A stretch of 64,000 nucleotides of DNA from Octopus sinensis. Its lineage: Eukaryota. This document shows, piece by piece, positions 52,131 to 64,000 of this stretch. Position numbers and translations under genes: made by a program. How positions within the stretch are numbered: position 1 is the stretch's first letter; every line of letters begins with the position of its first letter. The notes beneath the pieces were generated by a model. The model searched no databases. It was given only the letters and a program-made list of their open reading frames with translations, and was not told the origin of the DNA. The stretch lies in NCBI RefSeq assembly GCF_006345805.1, contig NW_021833293.1:14128-78127 (forward strand). Direction: 5' to 3'.

Positions 52131-54299
52131 AAAACCATAACGTTTTTATGCTTCATAATTTTTAGACCGGGTTTCGCCATATGGTCTCCATGAACTCGTT
52201 TACTGTAGTCCACATAAAATCGTTGTTAAAAATACAAAAATATTTTGATTTCTTAGCATTATCATCATTTTTAGTCAAACAACTGCTTTTCTTTTTAGCT
52301 AATTTTAACCCATAGAATTCTTCTCATAGATCTGTTTCATCTAAAGTAAACTTCGAACCCAGAATAGCTGTGAAAACGGCTCAGAAGATTAGGTAAATGT
52401 CCTTCCAAAACAAAATAAAGCGTGGCCAAGAAACCACTACAGGATATCGGTCCCGGTACCTCTTAAAATCCAGATAGGTGTTCTGTACCACAAAACGTCT
52501 CATAACGTCAGATGCCATCTTTAATAACGCTAAATATCTTTAAAATATTTTGATTTCTTAAAATCATCACCATTTTTCGTCAATTCAAATCGCAGCACTT
52601 TTTTGTAGCAAGTATTTTTTAAGGCGGTTTTCTTCTCAGAAAGCACTTTCTTGAACATAAGTATTGTATAGTTCTATTTTACAATAGCTGAGATATTCTG
52701 ATTTAAAAAAATCGGTTTGCGGGGCTACTAACATATTTTATCGTGACTTAGAGCCAGACTACAATTTCCGTGGCCAATACTTTTTACCGCGCTTTGCTTC
52801 AAATGACTCTTCTCGACGAGGCCCTTCTTTTAAACTCAATTCATGAATTTCTTTTGAAATAGCTAATGTATCTTGATTTATAAGTCAATTGTTCATCTTC
52901 ATCCTGTCTCATTTTTGACCTCACATAGTTTTACCTAAAATGTTTTATTAATAAACTAATTTCAAATATATTGTAATGTAGCCTTAGGGCATATTTGACA
53001 AATCAGTGCTAAAATATAAAACAATTGAATTCATGATGCATGGTATTAACAAAATTATGGCATGAAAAATTAAACTGCTAGCATTAACTGAATAATTACG
53101 CAGTCTGAAAACCACGTGGGTTATCTGAATATGTTTTCTTCTGATGCAATAGCGACTTGCAATAGTGTAAATGGAACATTAACAGTATCAATTTAGCGGT
53201 CTAAATTTCTCTACAATGCAGAGATTTTGTTTTCCTCTCCAGATTATCTAATTAAACGATATGCAAACTTTAGAATTTAAAACTTTTTTTTTTTTTCAGA
53301 TACAAAAGAAATCACCAAAGAAATCATCCGATATTTTAGATCTAGTGATTAATGGAGGAAGAATATTGCATGAGATCCAAATTCGCTTGATGTTAATATA
53401 ACAATAGTATTATAATTGTTTATTAGCGTTGTAGAAAATACATAAATAAGCCATCACACATTGGATTTCGTGTATTCTGTCACCGGTACCTGGATAAAAC
53501 ATTGCTCATGTAAATCTAGATAAAGATATAAAGGAGAAGTAGAGATGCATCAGTATTATATACACACCATTTGGGAATCGATTGTAACATCGTTATCATC
53601 CACTTATAAATACAAATACGTCAGATATCTTTCGTCGCCAACTCCTTTTCAAAAACGAACGGATTTAACCTATTACACGTTAACAGTGTAGGGTCTTACC
53701 CATGAAAGATAGCATGGTTAGCACTGACACTCATGCTGCATGAATGTTCCTTGATCTCCATGAGTGTTCCTTTTAGATGTCCATGTTTCATGGACATCTA
53801 AAAGGTTACCGTGTCATTTAAAATCATTCCAAGCTTTTCTGTCATTTCTTCTAAAACTATTGATCGCGCGAAGCATTTTCAATTGCATATCTAATACTGT
53901 ACACTTTTTATACGACAAATCTCACCAGACACAACATATTACATATACATACAGACATACACTACATATATCCGTCACCATAAACCGCCGTTTGAAGCCT
54001 CTTCACTTGGTATCACATCTTATTTCTACATATTAATCAATACTTTTTACTTGTGAATTCTTTAAAAATTCAATTTAAATATCACGAGAACATGAATGGA
54101 ATCCATACCATCGCTATTTGTCATTCTTGATAAAACTGAATGTTTTAATGGTTCTTTGACTAGTCATCCATAAATATTTGTAGATTTTTGTTGATTTTTA
54201 AATCAGATATCTCTGAAGTATCTCTGAAATAACATTAAATAAAATAAACAGGGAGGAAATAATTTCATTTGTTAAAAACAGAAACAACTTCAACTGCAG

Positions 54300-54336
54300 T
54301 AATGATAATAATAATAATAATGATAATAATAATAAT

Positions 54337-54420
<84 letters not shown>

Positions 54421-54471
54421 TATAATTATAATATGTAATGCTTACTTGGTTCATTTCCTTTCTAAGTTTTG

Positions 54472-54506
<35 letters not shown>

Positions 54507-54757
54507 TGCGATAGTTCTTACTGTGAAATTAATCGTGTTTGTGATATTCGGGATAATACTATTAGATTGTTTACACCGTATGTATAATTTAATTTAGTAG
54601 TAGTAGTAGTAGCATCAGCAGCATCAGTATTAGTATTAGTATTATTATTAGTAGTAGTGGTAGTAATAGTATTAGTAGTAGTTTTACTACGAGAAGGACA
54701 ATGGGGTGACAGTAGATTATTGTAATAGGAATAGTAGAGCATTATTATAATTATTAC

Positions 54758-54799
<42 letters not shown>

Positions 54800-54871
54800 C
54801 ATTATTATTATGATTATTATTATTATTATTATTGTTGTTGTTGATGTTGTTGTTATTATTATTATCATTGA

Positions 54872-54902
<31 letters not shown>
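54300..54902. repeat. (TAA/CAA/TAG/TTA)n block
   Basis: Direct reading. Confidence 0.9.
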
Positions 54903-55374
54903 GAGTGAGAGATCAGTGCATGCCATCAAAGTGACGTTGGGGTAAAATATACGAAGCCCATTATACCCAACATAACTACCCGTCTGATGATGGTACACCA
55001 GGCACATGCATCACAACCACATGAATCTAGCAGGTTGAGTACCCCATCCCACTCAAAAGGTCCCTGAGTAAGGGTTGTTTATGGATGTTGAACAAAACAC
55101 CCATGTTTCCAAAAGTGAATTATCCAAACCCCAAAGAATTCCTCTCTACACATGGCTATGATGTTCCCCTAATACTTCTGCCCGTGATCAGAGATGCTGA
55201 TACTGTTAGCTTAACTGGTTAAGGTTAAGCAATTGACAAGCAAACCTGTGGTATTGAGCAAAATATTTGCTGTAGGCTATCTTTTATACCAAGACAAAAC
55301 AATGTACATGATAACTCTTCCAATCAGTTAACATGAGAAGCCATGAGAGCCACTGCCTGGTACTGCATCAGGAC

Positions 55375-55378
<4 letters not shown>
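54903..55378 (-). mobile_element. Non-coding interspersed element in (TAA)n, copy 1 (internally deleted)
   Basis: Homologous end to end to 55428-55982; both ends abut ATT/TTA arrays. Strand inferred. Confidence 0.7.
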
Positions 55379-55426
<48 letters not shown>

Positions 55427-55427
55427 G

Positions 55428-55982
55428 TCTGAAAGAACAGTGCATGCCATCAAAGTGACACTGGGGTAAAATATACGAAGCCCAGTATACCCATCATGAT
55501 TACCCGTCTGATAAGGGTAGACCAGGCATATGCATCACAACCATATATGCGCGATATGGTGATCTCATAACAAGATAAACAGCGCATGACCTTGCAGGTG
55601 GGGCCCAGTTAGAATTATCTTCTGGTTGGGTAACCCATCCCACTCAAAAGGTCCCTGATTAAGAGTTGTTTAAGGATGTTGAAAGAACCACCCATGTTTC
55701 CAGAGGTGAATTATCCAAACCCCAAATAATCCCTCTTAACACATGGCTATGATGCTCCGCCACTACTTCTGCTCGTGATCAGGGATGCACATATCGTCAG
55801 ACAATAATGGACATGTTCAACTGGTTAAGGTTAAACAACTGACAAGCAAATCTGGGGTATTGAGCAGAATATTTGCTGTAGCCCATATTTTATACCAAGA
55901 CAAATAATGTACATGATAACACTTCCAGTCAGTTAAGATCAGAAGTCATGAGAGCCGCTGCCTGGTACTGCATCAGAGCATT
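55428..55982 (-). mobile_element. Non-coding interspersed element in (TAA)n, copy 2
   Basis: CAGTGCATGCCATCAAAGTGAC...GCCTGGTACTGCATCAG shared with copy 1. Confidence 0.7.
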
Positions 55983-56023
55983 TATTATTATCATCATCAT
56001 TATTATTATTATTATTATTATTA

Positions 56024-56085
<62 letters not shown>

Positions 56086-56204
56086 GATGTTTGACTTTTG
56101 CTTTACATTTGTACAGTTTGGCTCCAAGTCTCACGCAGAGACACAAGAGACAACAGGATGGAAGTTCATGTTGTTGTTATGCCTAGTGTGCCATATTATT
56201 ATTA

Positions 56205-57303
56205 TTCTTCAGTAGTTTTATTTTTATAGCGTGCTTTCACTTCACTACCGAGCGCAGCTCTGTGTGCCTTAGGTATGTGCTGTGATTTGTTGTGATGCTC
56301 TGATGGTTATTGTATGGAAAGTGTTCTGCGTAGGATGTGTGCAGTGCCTAGTAGTGCAAGTTTCTGTATGTTATATGTGTTTGTAAGTCCTGGTGTTTTT
56401 GTTATGTATTTGTCTAAATATTTTTTTATCATGCCTAATGCACCTACTATGATAGGAATTGTTTCTGTTTTTAGATTCCACCTTCTGGTTACCTCTATTT
56501 CCAGGTCTTTGTATTTTGAAAGTTTCTCCATTTCTTTCAGAGACACATTTTTTTCTTCATGATCTCTGACAACTATATCTGGTCTGTTGGCCTTAATTTC
56601 TCTATCTGTGTGTATCGGCATATCCCAGAGTATGGTTGCTTTCTCGTTTTCTGTGACCTTTTCTGGTGTGTGCCTATATTTTTTCTGTTGTTATTCCATA
56701 ATGTTGGCATAGCTTCCAGTGCATGTAGGTCCCAACTCTGTCATGTCTGTGAATATATTCCTTCTTAGCCAGGACTGGGCAGCCAGAGATAATATGCTTT
56801 ATTGTTTCTTGTCCATCTCCACATATTCTGCAGTTACTTGTTATATTTCTTTTCATTACATGTTTTTGGTAATTTCTGGTGGGGAGGCTTTGCTCTTGTA
56901 CTGCAATTAAAAATCCCTCTGTCTCTGCTTTGAGTCCTGAGCTTCTCAACCATTGCTGGGATTTTTCTTTGTCTATTTCTTTTGCATTTAGTTTAGTCCA
57001 GTATTTACCATGAAGGGGCTTTTCTTGCCATCGTTTTATCATGGTTCTTTGCTGTTCTAGTTTTAGTTTGGATTTCATTTGTTTTATAGTTTTTGTTGTT
57101 TCTTCATCATCTTCTTCTTCTTCTTCTTCTTCTTCTTCTTCTTCTTCATATTTGTTAGGTGGTATGGTTTCTTGTTTGTATTTGTCAGCTTCCTTAAGTA
57201 CTGAGAACAGTTTTTTGCTTTGCTCGTGTTTTGCCGCTATTTTTATCAGTTTTCCTTCCTTCTGAAGTAGATATTTTTGCAGTCCTATGGTGGTTATTTT
57301 ATA
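56205..57303 (-). mobile_element. R4/Dong-like LINE 3' portion (zinc knuckle plus restriction-like endonuclease)
   Basis: CRICGDGQETIKHIISGCPVLAKKEYIHRHD; ANRPDIVVRD..EKLSKYKDLEIEV..IPIIVGALG; TAA/TTA arrays on both flanks. Confidence 0.85.
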
Positions 57304-57307
57304 GTAG

Positions 57308-57371
<64 letters not shown>

Positions 57372-57399
57372 CACTATTATTATTGATATACACACAGCA

Positions 57400-59310
57400 G
57401 ATTGGACTGTTCGGTAAGAAAAATTCTTAACATCGGGCTACAATTACAAGTAACCCTCATAAGTATCCTAGCTGTCCCTAATAATACTATTTTCTGGAGC
57501 TGTACTATACTGGATTTTATGTATATTTCTTCTATCTATCTGCTCAAACCTTTAGCGATAGTTCCCAATGCACTTATAACTACTGGTATACATTTTACAT
57601 GCACTTTACATTATCTCATTAATTCAATGGTTACGTCCTGGTATTTTACCATTTTCTCTATACCTCTCATATTGATTTTTATATCATTTGGGACTTTAAA
57701 ATCAATTATGTGGCACTCTCAATTTTCTTTACCTACTTCTAATAAAGCAGGCCTTCTAGCTTCTGTTACTCTGTAAGTCTGAATGTTGAAACACCACATA
57801 TTATATTTCTTACTTTCAAGCATTTTACTAGCTTCACGTTCATAACATTTATCAGTATGTTCAAATCCTAGCTTTCCACGTAAATCCGAATAGATTGCTC
57901 TCCCTAGACTGTCATGTCTTTTGTTGCAATCTTCCTGTATCAGTATGCTACATTCACTTACGATATGAGTAACGCTTTCCTTTTTTTTAATTACATAGCC
58001 TACGTTTGAAATCTGCTTGGTACTTTCTAACTTGCTTTTATCCAATTAATCTTTAATTTTTGGTCTTGTACTGCTACTAATAAAGATGCTGTCTCCCTTT
58101 TCCGGCTTCCTTTCTGCAACCATAACGAGTTCTCACTATTTGCTACAACAATCTTTGGTAATATTCCATGCAACGCCTTCTCCTGCAAGTTAGATAACTT
58201 CTGTTCCCTTTCCTGGTTTTTAACATCGTTTGGGATTTTGGCTTCCCTATGGCTTGCTGTGGTTCTAACAGCTTTATTTACTATTTAAACTTTATTTACT
58301 ATTACATACATTAGGAGTCCATATCTACTCTAGCCAACACCCTGCAGTCTTCTAGCGATATTAACCCTTTTCCTTTTCTTGGTAAGTATAATCTTGCTAC
58401 TCCTCCCATTGAGATGAGTCCTCCATTCATATTCAATTCCTTCCTAGTATTTTTGTCATCTTTGCAAATTCGGTTTTTGTCCAGTCTACGAAAGCTGCTG
58501 AGTATATACATAATCACACTGTCCAAGTATTTAACGGCTTCACCAGATTCGGACTATTTAGCTTTGACTTCATAAGGTTCTTCACACTTCCGATGTACTC
58601 CTTCTCAATTTTCGCTTTCATTTCTATAGTTAGCACTCTATCAGATTCTCCTAGACACTTATAACTCTTTCTTCCTCTGAATGACTTTAATGTGTGGCCA
58701 TCTGGCTTCACTGTCTCCTTCTCATGACTAATATTGTACATTTGTCTATGTTAAACTTCCATGCCTGTATCTTTGCTGAAGAGTCTTACAGTCTGTATTA
58801 ATGAATCTGTCTCTTTTTCATTCTTACAAAAAAGCTTCAGATCATCCATATAGAGCAAATGGTTAATTTTTCTGTTACTATTTCTGAATTGGTAACCTGC
58901 CTTTGTCTTCTCTATTGACTAAACTGAGGGTGATCAAATATAAGACAAATACAGTCTTAGGGAAAGTTGATATGAAGAGGGGAATTTTTTATGTGTATTC
59001 CTTATCCTCTTTTATAGAGGATAAGGAGTACCCATGGAAAATTCCCCTCTTCATATTAACTTTCCCTAAGACTGTATCACATAGAGTAGATGTCTACTTT
59101 TAATTTCTTCATGTTAAAGCTAATACATTCTCATATGCTGTCTGCTATACTGCGTGTTCTCCAACATTCACTTATCCATGAATGTGGGATCGTGTCATAG
59201 GCTTTCTTATTATTTATCCATACTTTTGTTAGATATTTCTTTCAAGCTTTTACTTAATTTGGAACTGTTTTGTTTATGTATAATAGGTAATGCGTCCCTG
59301 AAACCTTCTT
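57400..59310 (-). mobile_element. Older degenerate R4/Dong-like LINE
   Basis: ESVTHIVSECSILIQED..RHDSLG; RLYLPRKGKGLISLED; LLYMDDLKLF near 58840-58870; TAA arrays on both flanks. Confidence 0.75.
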
Positions 59311-59319
59311 CTTCTTCTT

Positions 59320-59358
59320 ATTATTATTATTATTATTATTAATATAATAATAATAATA

Positions 59359-59399
<41 letters not shown>

Positions 59400-59490
59400 T
59401 ACTACTACTACTACTACTACTATTACTACTACTACTATAATAATAATAATAATAAATAATAATAATAATAACTATTATTATTATTAATAT

Positions 59491-59532
<42 letters not shown>

Positions 59533-59556
59533 CAGCAGCAGTAGCATTAGTAGTAG

Positions 59557-59589
<33 letters not shown>

Positions 59590-59933
59590 CAGTAGTAGGA
59601 GTAGTAGTTAAACATCCGGATCATCAAGATGTTTCAATCTCATTTTAAATTCTTGTTCTAGTATTTTTAGTTAGAGCTATTTTAAGATTTAGTTATCGCC
59701 AAAAATCATTCTATTCAATACTATCGCCTTTATTTCTTCCATCATCACGAAAACCACCACTACCACCACCGCCACCAGAACCACATTTATCCTCCGTCTC
59801 CCCTTCCTCCCCCTTCGTTATTATCTATTATTACTATTGCTGTAGTACTTGTTCTTATACGTCTGTTCTTGAGTAACAATTCCACGCTTTTCAACTACTG
59901 GGCTTCATTCTTATATGCATTATTTCCTGTTCC

Positions 59934-59983
<50 letters not shown>

Positions 59984-60065
59984 ATTATTATTATTGTTGT
60001 TGTTGTTGTTGTTGTTATCGTCATTATCTTCTGTTATTGTTACATTTGTTGTATTATTATTGTCT
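59320..60065. repeat. (TAA/TTA/TAC/TAG)n blocks
   Basis: Direct reading. Confidence 0.9.
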
Positions 60066-60249
60066 TCTACTTCCAGTCTTCTTCAAAGTATTGTAGCTAA
60101 TTTTATAAACATAATTGCGTTTCATCAACCATCTCCTGATTATTTCCTAATTACATTTAACTAATTAAGGTCGTTCGCTTGAGTGGATTTTATAGCCTAA
60201 CTGATTTCGTCTAGAAATTCTTGTAGTTTTATTTTTATTATTCTATAAA

Positions 60250-60512
60250 CTTTTATACAGTCATACTCACTTACTCAAACTTATGTAAAGATATATGTAT
60301 CTATCAATTTGTATATATATATATATATATTTAAGTACCCATGCATATATACATATACGTACACGTCAATGTATATAGTAAATTTATATGCACCTTTGCA
60401 AAATTTATCTTCACATATACACATATATGTGTATGCGTGTGTATCTCTCACTTTCTCTCTCTTTCTCTCTCTATATACATGTATATACATATATATATAT
60501 TATATATATATA

Positions 60513-60545
<33 letters not shown>

Positions 60546-60549
60546 TATA

Positions 60550-60587
<38 letters not shown>

Positions 60588-60735
60588 TGAGAGATACACA
60601 CGCATACACATATATGTGTATATGTGAAGTTAAATTTTGCAAAGGTGCATATAAATTTACTATATACATTGACGTGTACGTATATGTATATATGAATGGG
60701 TACTTAAATATATATATATATATATTATATATATA

Positions 60736-60777
<42 letters not shown>

Positions 60778-60850
60778 TATATATATACACATTGATAGAT
60801 AATATATATCTTTATATAAGTTTGAGTAAGTGAGTATGTCTGTATAAAAT
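60250..60850. repeat. Inverted duplication around a (TA)n spacer (about 60250-60475 / 60570-60850)
   Basis: ATACTCACTTACTCAAAC...GTACACGTCAATG...GCACCTTTGCAAAATTT versus its reverse complement, with a few substitutions. Confidence 0.9.
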
Positions 60851-60851
60851 T

Positions 60852-60882
<31 letters not shown>

Positions 60883-61669
60883 TTCTCTCTCTCTCTATAT
60901 ATATATATATATGTATATACATATATATATATATATGAATGTGTGTGTTTGTGTGTGTGCGTATGTTTGTGTGAGTGTATGTATATACTTATAGTAATAT
61001 ACGTGTATATTTATATTTGTTTTGCTACAAATTAAATTCGTATCTTAGTAATTACAAGCAGGCATCATTTGTCAAAGCTAATGTAAATCGAATGACCATT
61101 AAAATTGTGCAATTCACCGGACTTTGAACCGTCAGTGGCTGAATAAGACAAGGTGTTAAGAATACTATCTACACTGTCATACATCATTGTGTTGTGAGAT
61201 GAAGCAATGATTAATCACGAGCTGGACCCTTCGGCTGGACAGAAAATACTCAGGGCAATAGATTGGAATATCATGTTGAAATACCAATGTGTTACAATAT
61301 ATTATTAGGAATTATGTCTAATCCATCTAATTTGAGATGCCATTACTTAGTTAAATCATTATTTCTGGGAAAAGTCGCTCCAGAGATGATAATCGAATTA
61401 CATTTAAGCAGTGTTCCGCGATCAAAATTATCCAAAGTGTCCCATTGCTTCAAGGTGTGACTTAAGTGACATTACGCTGTCATTTATCACCGACTGGCTG
61501 TCCACGTAGAGGCGAAGTCATTCTAGGATTCTGGGTATCGACTGCTCATCTCTCATGCGCACAGCTTGTTGAAAGACACACTCCACATAATTGCCAGCAA
61601 ATAATTCAACATTGTATCACACACAGACACACAGTCACTCACCCGCACACAATACATATATACATATAT

Positions 61670-61834
61670 ACGACAGGCTTCTTTCAGTTTCCGTCTACCA
61701 AATCCACTCACAAGGCATTGGTCGGCCCGGGGCTATAGCAGAAGACACTTGCCCAAGATGCCACGCAGTGGGACTGAACCCAGAACCATGTGGCTAGTTA
61801 GCAAGCTACTTACCACATAGCCACTCCTGCGCCT
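61670..61834 (-). mobile_element. tRNA-derived SINE 5' half (4092 family)
   Basis: Reverse complement reads AGGCGCAGGAGTGGCTATGTGGTAAGTAGCTTG...GGGTTCAGTCCCACTGCGTGGCATCTTGGG. Confidence 0.9.
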
Positions 61835-62579
61835 GTTGCTACTATTTTTGAATACGTCCTCCGGCCCTCAACACTTCTTGGCTCGGAATGTAAACGATGT
61901 CATTTTGAAATAATATTTTATGTAGAAACTTCTTACTGTCAAAGCATTACTCCGTAGGGCGACGAACAAAAACGCTTGAACGACATGTTATGGCTCAAGA
62001 CAATCGAAAAGCAAGGTATAATACTAAAATCATTTTGTCCGGCGTTCTATAAATTCTTCCGGTTCGCTACCTCTAAAACAACTAAAATTTTCTGATACTT
62101 GAATACATCATACCCTATATTAAACTGGTCTTTGTTTTATTGATTTGAATGGATGAAATAAGAAGTTAATCTCGACGATATTTAGAATTTAAAAGCAACG
62201 CATCCAGAAGAAATCCTGATAAACATTTCGTCTGATGTCCTAAAGAATGTGTCAGCTCGCCGAGTTACTGAAATTGCTGCAGTTGCTGCAACTAATACTA
62301 CTATTACTACAACCACTACTATTACTACTATCACTACCAACAATACTACTACCACCACCACTACCGATACTACCTCTCCTCCTCCTCCTCCTCCTCCTAC
62401 TACTACTACTACTATTACTACTACTATTACTACTACTACTACTAACAATAACGAGGACAACAACAATAATAATAATAATTTCATTTATTTGTCACAAGAG
62501 CGAAGGATAAGGGTGACAATACAAAGACAGACAGGAAGTGTGGGAATTTACATATGATGAATTGATAAAAAGAAAGAAA

Positions 62580-62628
<49 letters not shown>

Positions 62629-63497
62629 GAAGAGGAAGAAAGTATGTACGGTATACACCGGGTATAATAAGCATAATAATAGCTAGATAACATTGATGGA
62701 ATTATCATGTCTGATTATAAAGTACGAATCAGTTCAATAGATATGCAGACGAATACTACCTGAAGAATCTCATTCTCATAATAATTATTTCTAATTTCAG
62801 TACGAAGAGATACATTTTCATTACAGCAGAGTCTACGTTGAATGAAATCTTATTTGTAATTCGCGGAAGGATTTAAGGCAAATCCGGAATTGATTCTCTC
62901 ACGGAAACAACGTGAATATATGCCCCAGGTCGTATTGTCTGGACGTTCTGCAGATTCTGATGATAATCGATAATAGTTAATCCTAATTACAGGATGTTAA
63001 AGCAGTAAATGTGGACAACGCTTCTGAAGTGTGTTTCGTTAAAGATATTGATTCTATAATCTTTATAGTTGGTGCTAAGTACTCAAATTGCACTCGATGA
63101 CCATATTTTGGTCACAGATTTAAAAGTAACTTAGGCTATCAATGGCAATGCTATTTTGATCCTCTCCAATACATTTCTGTTTGATGAAGAGAATCACAGT
63201 ATTACTGCTTGAATTGTTTACTTGTGTATATCATTTGACTGCGGTCATACTGGAGCGCGGCACCCAAGACCATTTTATTCATTTTATCGATTTCACAAAA
63301 TATATTTGTACTTACGGTATCGATCAATATTCTTCTAAAGAGTAAGTTAGAAGTTCTTTTATAGAACACTGTTAAACAGTCACAAACACTTACCCATCAC
63401 ATACCAATACATACGCACGACTTCCCCGACATGCCCACACATATATTCCTACATATTCTCATACAGATGTACGTTCATACATACATACATACATACA

Positions 63498-63531
<34 letters not shown>

Positions 63532-64000
63532 CATACATAAATACATACATACATACATACATACATGCATACTTGCATGCTTGCATAAATACTCACTCAT
63601 ACAGAAACACACGCACGGACATACACCTGTCTATATGCTGATACATCGTTTTAAAGGATTTCGGATTTAATGGAATAAATAATAATTTTCGGACAAGGCC
63701 ACGAATGCGGATGGGGAATAGTCAGGTATATATACTCTACTGCTTGCCTGGGATCGGACATCATTTTATTAATTCTGGTGGAGAAAAGGGAAAACTGACA
63801 TTGATTCGAAATCAGATCGGAACGTACCTCAACAAATTCCGGGATGTTTTTGTTCGACGCACAAATGATTTTACAATTCTCCACACCGAAATTGTAACTG
63901 ATTGTAACTAAAACGAAAAGCTGATAAGTTTTGGAGGGCAGCAGTTCATACATACGAAGGTAGTTCTTGTCTTGTACTATACCTTATCGACCGAAAAAGT

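Noticed and set aside
63651-63953. Overlapping 68-aa and 100-aa ORFs near the window end
   Set aside because: No recognisable family; lengths are within chance expectation.

Overview
AT-rich, microsatellite-saturated eukaryotic DNA with no recognisable host gene. The repeat families (tRNA-derived SINEs, R4/Dong-, Tx1/L1- and CR1-like LINE relics, a Penelope-like element, mariner, Helitron) suggest a cephalopod/Octopus intergenic or intronic region; the taxon is inferred, not verified. Most ORFs in the track are translations of simple repeats. The main unexplained structure is a set of non-coding ~420-490 nt units, each with a type I hammerhead ribozyme (HHR) fold and a palindromic stem III. 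They occur as partial tandem plus fold-back arrays with (TA)n on both flanks (4963-5694, 22279-23606, 35660-36492). The window also holds several solo or decayed hammerheads, two near-perfect palindromes and a rearranged Penelope RT/GIY-YIG element. Together these suggest a retrozyme/Penelope-dependent RNA system. Other features: a LINE inserted twice into a (TATC)n array, a Dong-like LINE cluster in (TAA)n arrays, and a 1.4-kb near-perfect inverted duplication. All RNA folds were traced by eye and coordinates counted by hand; no searches were run.
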